Shown in pieces: positions 62,655-64,000 of a DNA stretch of 64,000 bases (its first letter is position 1; each line of letters opens with the position of its first letter). The DNA is from Octopus sinensis. Lineage: Eukaryota. The stretch lies in NCBI RefSeq assembly GCF_006345805.1, contig NC_043010.1:5766001-5830000 (forward strand), written 5' to 3'. Below the pieces are notes generated by a model. The model was not told the DNA's origin, ran no database searches, and saw nothing but the letters and a program-made list of their open reading frames with translations. Position numbers and translations under genes: made by a program.

Positions 62655-62952
62655 TCACCGTGACCAACCAGGCTATCAGATGTTGCTACACATCGCTGGT
62701 CAAAATGCACTTCGCATTTTTTTAGCCTTCAAATTACGCCACCCCGCTGGCTTAGCGAGCAGTCTAACAGAAAGAGTGAGAAAAAGTTGTGGCGAAAGAG
62801 TACAGCAGGGACCGCCACCACCCCCTGCCAGAGCCTCATGGAACTTTAGGTGTTTTCGCTCAATAAACACTCACAACGCCCGGTCTGGGAATCAAAACTG
62901 CGATCCTACGACCATGAGTCCACTGCCCTAACCACTGGGCCATTGCGCCTCC
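62655..62952 (-). mobile_element. SINE with a family-D head and a different 3' tail, nested in an older family-A-like SINE (~62505-63115)
   Basis: 62770-62952 matches family D; 62655-62770 does not. Confidence 0.75.
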
Positions 62953-63832
62953 ATATATATATGTATGTATCTATGTACATATGTATGTAAACATACAACA
63001 GGCTTCTTTCAGTTACTATCCACCAATCCACCCACAAGGCTTTGGTTGTCCCACAGCTAGAGTGGAAGATGATACACAGTGGGACTGAACCCAAGCTCAC
63101 ATGGTCTGGAAGCATTCCATCCCTAATCTTCTTGTCTATTTTATGGGCCTAGAACTACATATTTCTGGAGAAACAACAGTAAGATAAGTTTTTAGCTAAT
63201 TACCTTTTAATTACTTTAAATGGCTTATAAACACCTTCCACGCTGCAATTATTTTCGTTCCAGCACACAATCTCAGATCAGGTCATTTGCTATGCAAGTA
63301 CATCTCTGTAATACCTTCTAATTGCTTCAGTCATTAAACTGCAGCCATGCTGAGGCACTGTCTAGAACAGTTTTTCATTGAATGAATTGACCCTGGCACA
63401 TTTTTTTTCAAGCCTGATACTTATTCTATCAGTCTGTTTCTCCAAACTGCTAAGTTAAGGGCTCATAAATACACCAACATTAAATGTCAATCGGTAGGTG
63501 GGAGACAAACACAGACATGAAGGCACACACATACATCTACACACACACACACAAATATATATATATATATAAATGGAACAAAAACATTCAGACAGATAGA
63601 CGATACAAAGGCAGATAGGAGAAACAACAATTAGGACAGGCAAAAAAAGACGGGTCGTTGTTGGCCTTCTTTCTTCAGTCAAGTATACCAGAAGTCCTTA
63701 CTGTTTCGGGTAGTTACACTTAAAGCAGTTCGATCTGTTTGCCCCCATATGTATATGTATGTATATATATATATATATATGTATATCTATCTATCTATCT
63801 ATCTATCTATATATATATATATATATATATAC

Positions 63833-63863
<31 letters not shown>

Positions 63864-64000
63864 GGGTGTGTAAGATATTTGAGGACAGTTTATGTATATG
63901 ATAAAACAGATGTATAATAACAGATAATAAATTTATTTATAAAAAAATGCTATGAGGATAAAAATAAACCTTCCTCTCTATAATGTTATTTAATAAAGCC

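Noticed and set aside
63640-63720. Minus-strand GAAAC...CUGAAGA in permuted order in a probable Penelope-like fragment
   Set aside because: No convincing helices could be drawn.

Overview
This is AT-rich, microsatellite-laden animal genomic DNA. The SINE and LINE repertoire points to an octopus-type cephalopod; this is inferred from repeat style, not from a database match. No intact protein-coding gene or tRNA/rRNA gene is visible, and nearly every ORF in the supplied track is an artefact of (TA)n/(TG)n/(GAT)n repeats or SINE sequence. The window is dominated by at least four tRNA-derived SINE families, RTE/BovB and CR1 LINE fragments, decayed mariner/Tc1/pogo/hAT elements, piggyBac-type and hAT MITEs, and several Penelope-like inverted or tandem repeats. 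The highlights are: (i) several minimal type-I hammerhead ribozyme motifs in unrelated Penelope-like repeats, one with a compensatory U3-A8 core (39493-39530); (ii) a ~50-bp-period array of RFX X-box motifs (45689-46018); (iii) tandem hairpin plus H-type pseudoknot modules in RTE 3' UTRs; (iv) a CpG-retaining, promoter-like domain at ~38.6-44.2 kb with nested inverted-repeat elements, a paired CRE site and a candidate first coding exon. Scattered candidate exons are reported at low confidence, and no gene family could be assigned. All coordinates were counted by eye, so repeat boundaries may be off by a few bases.
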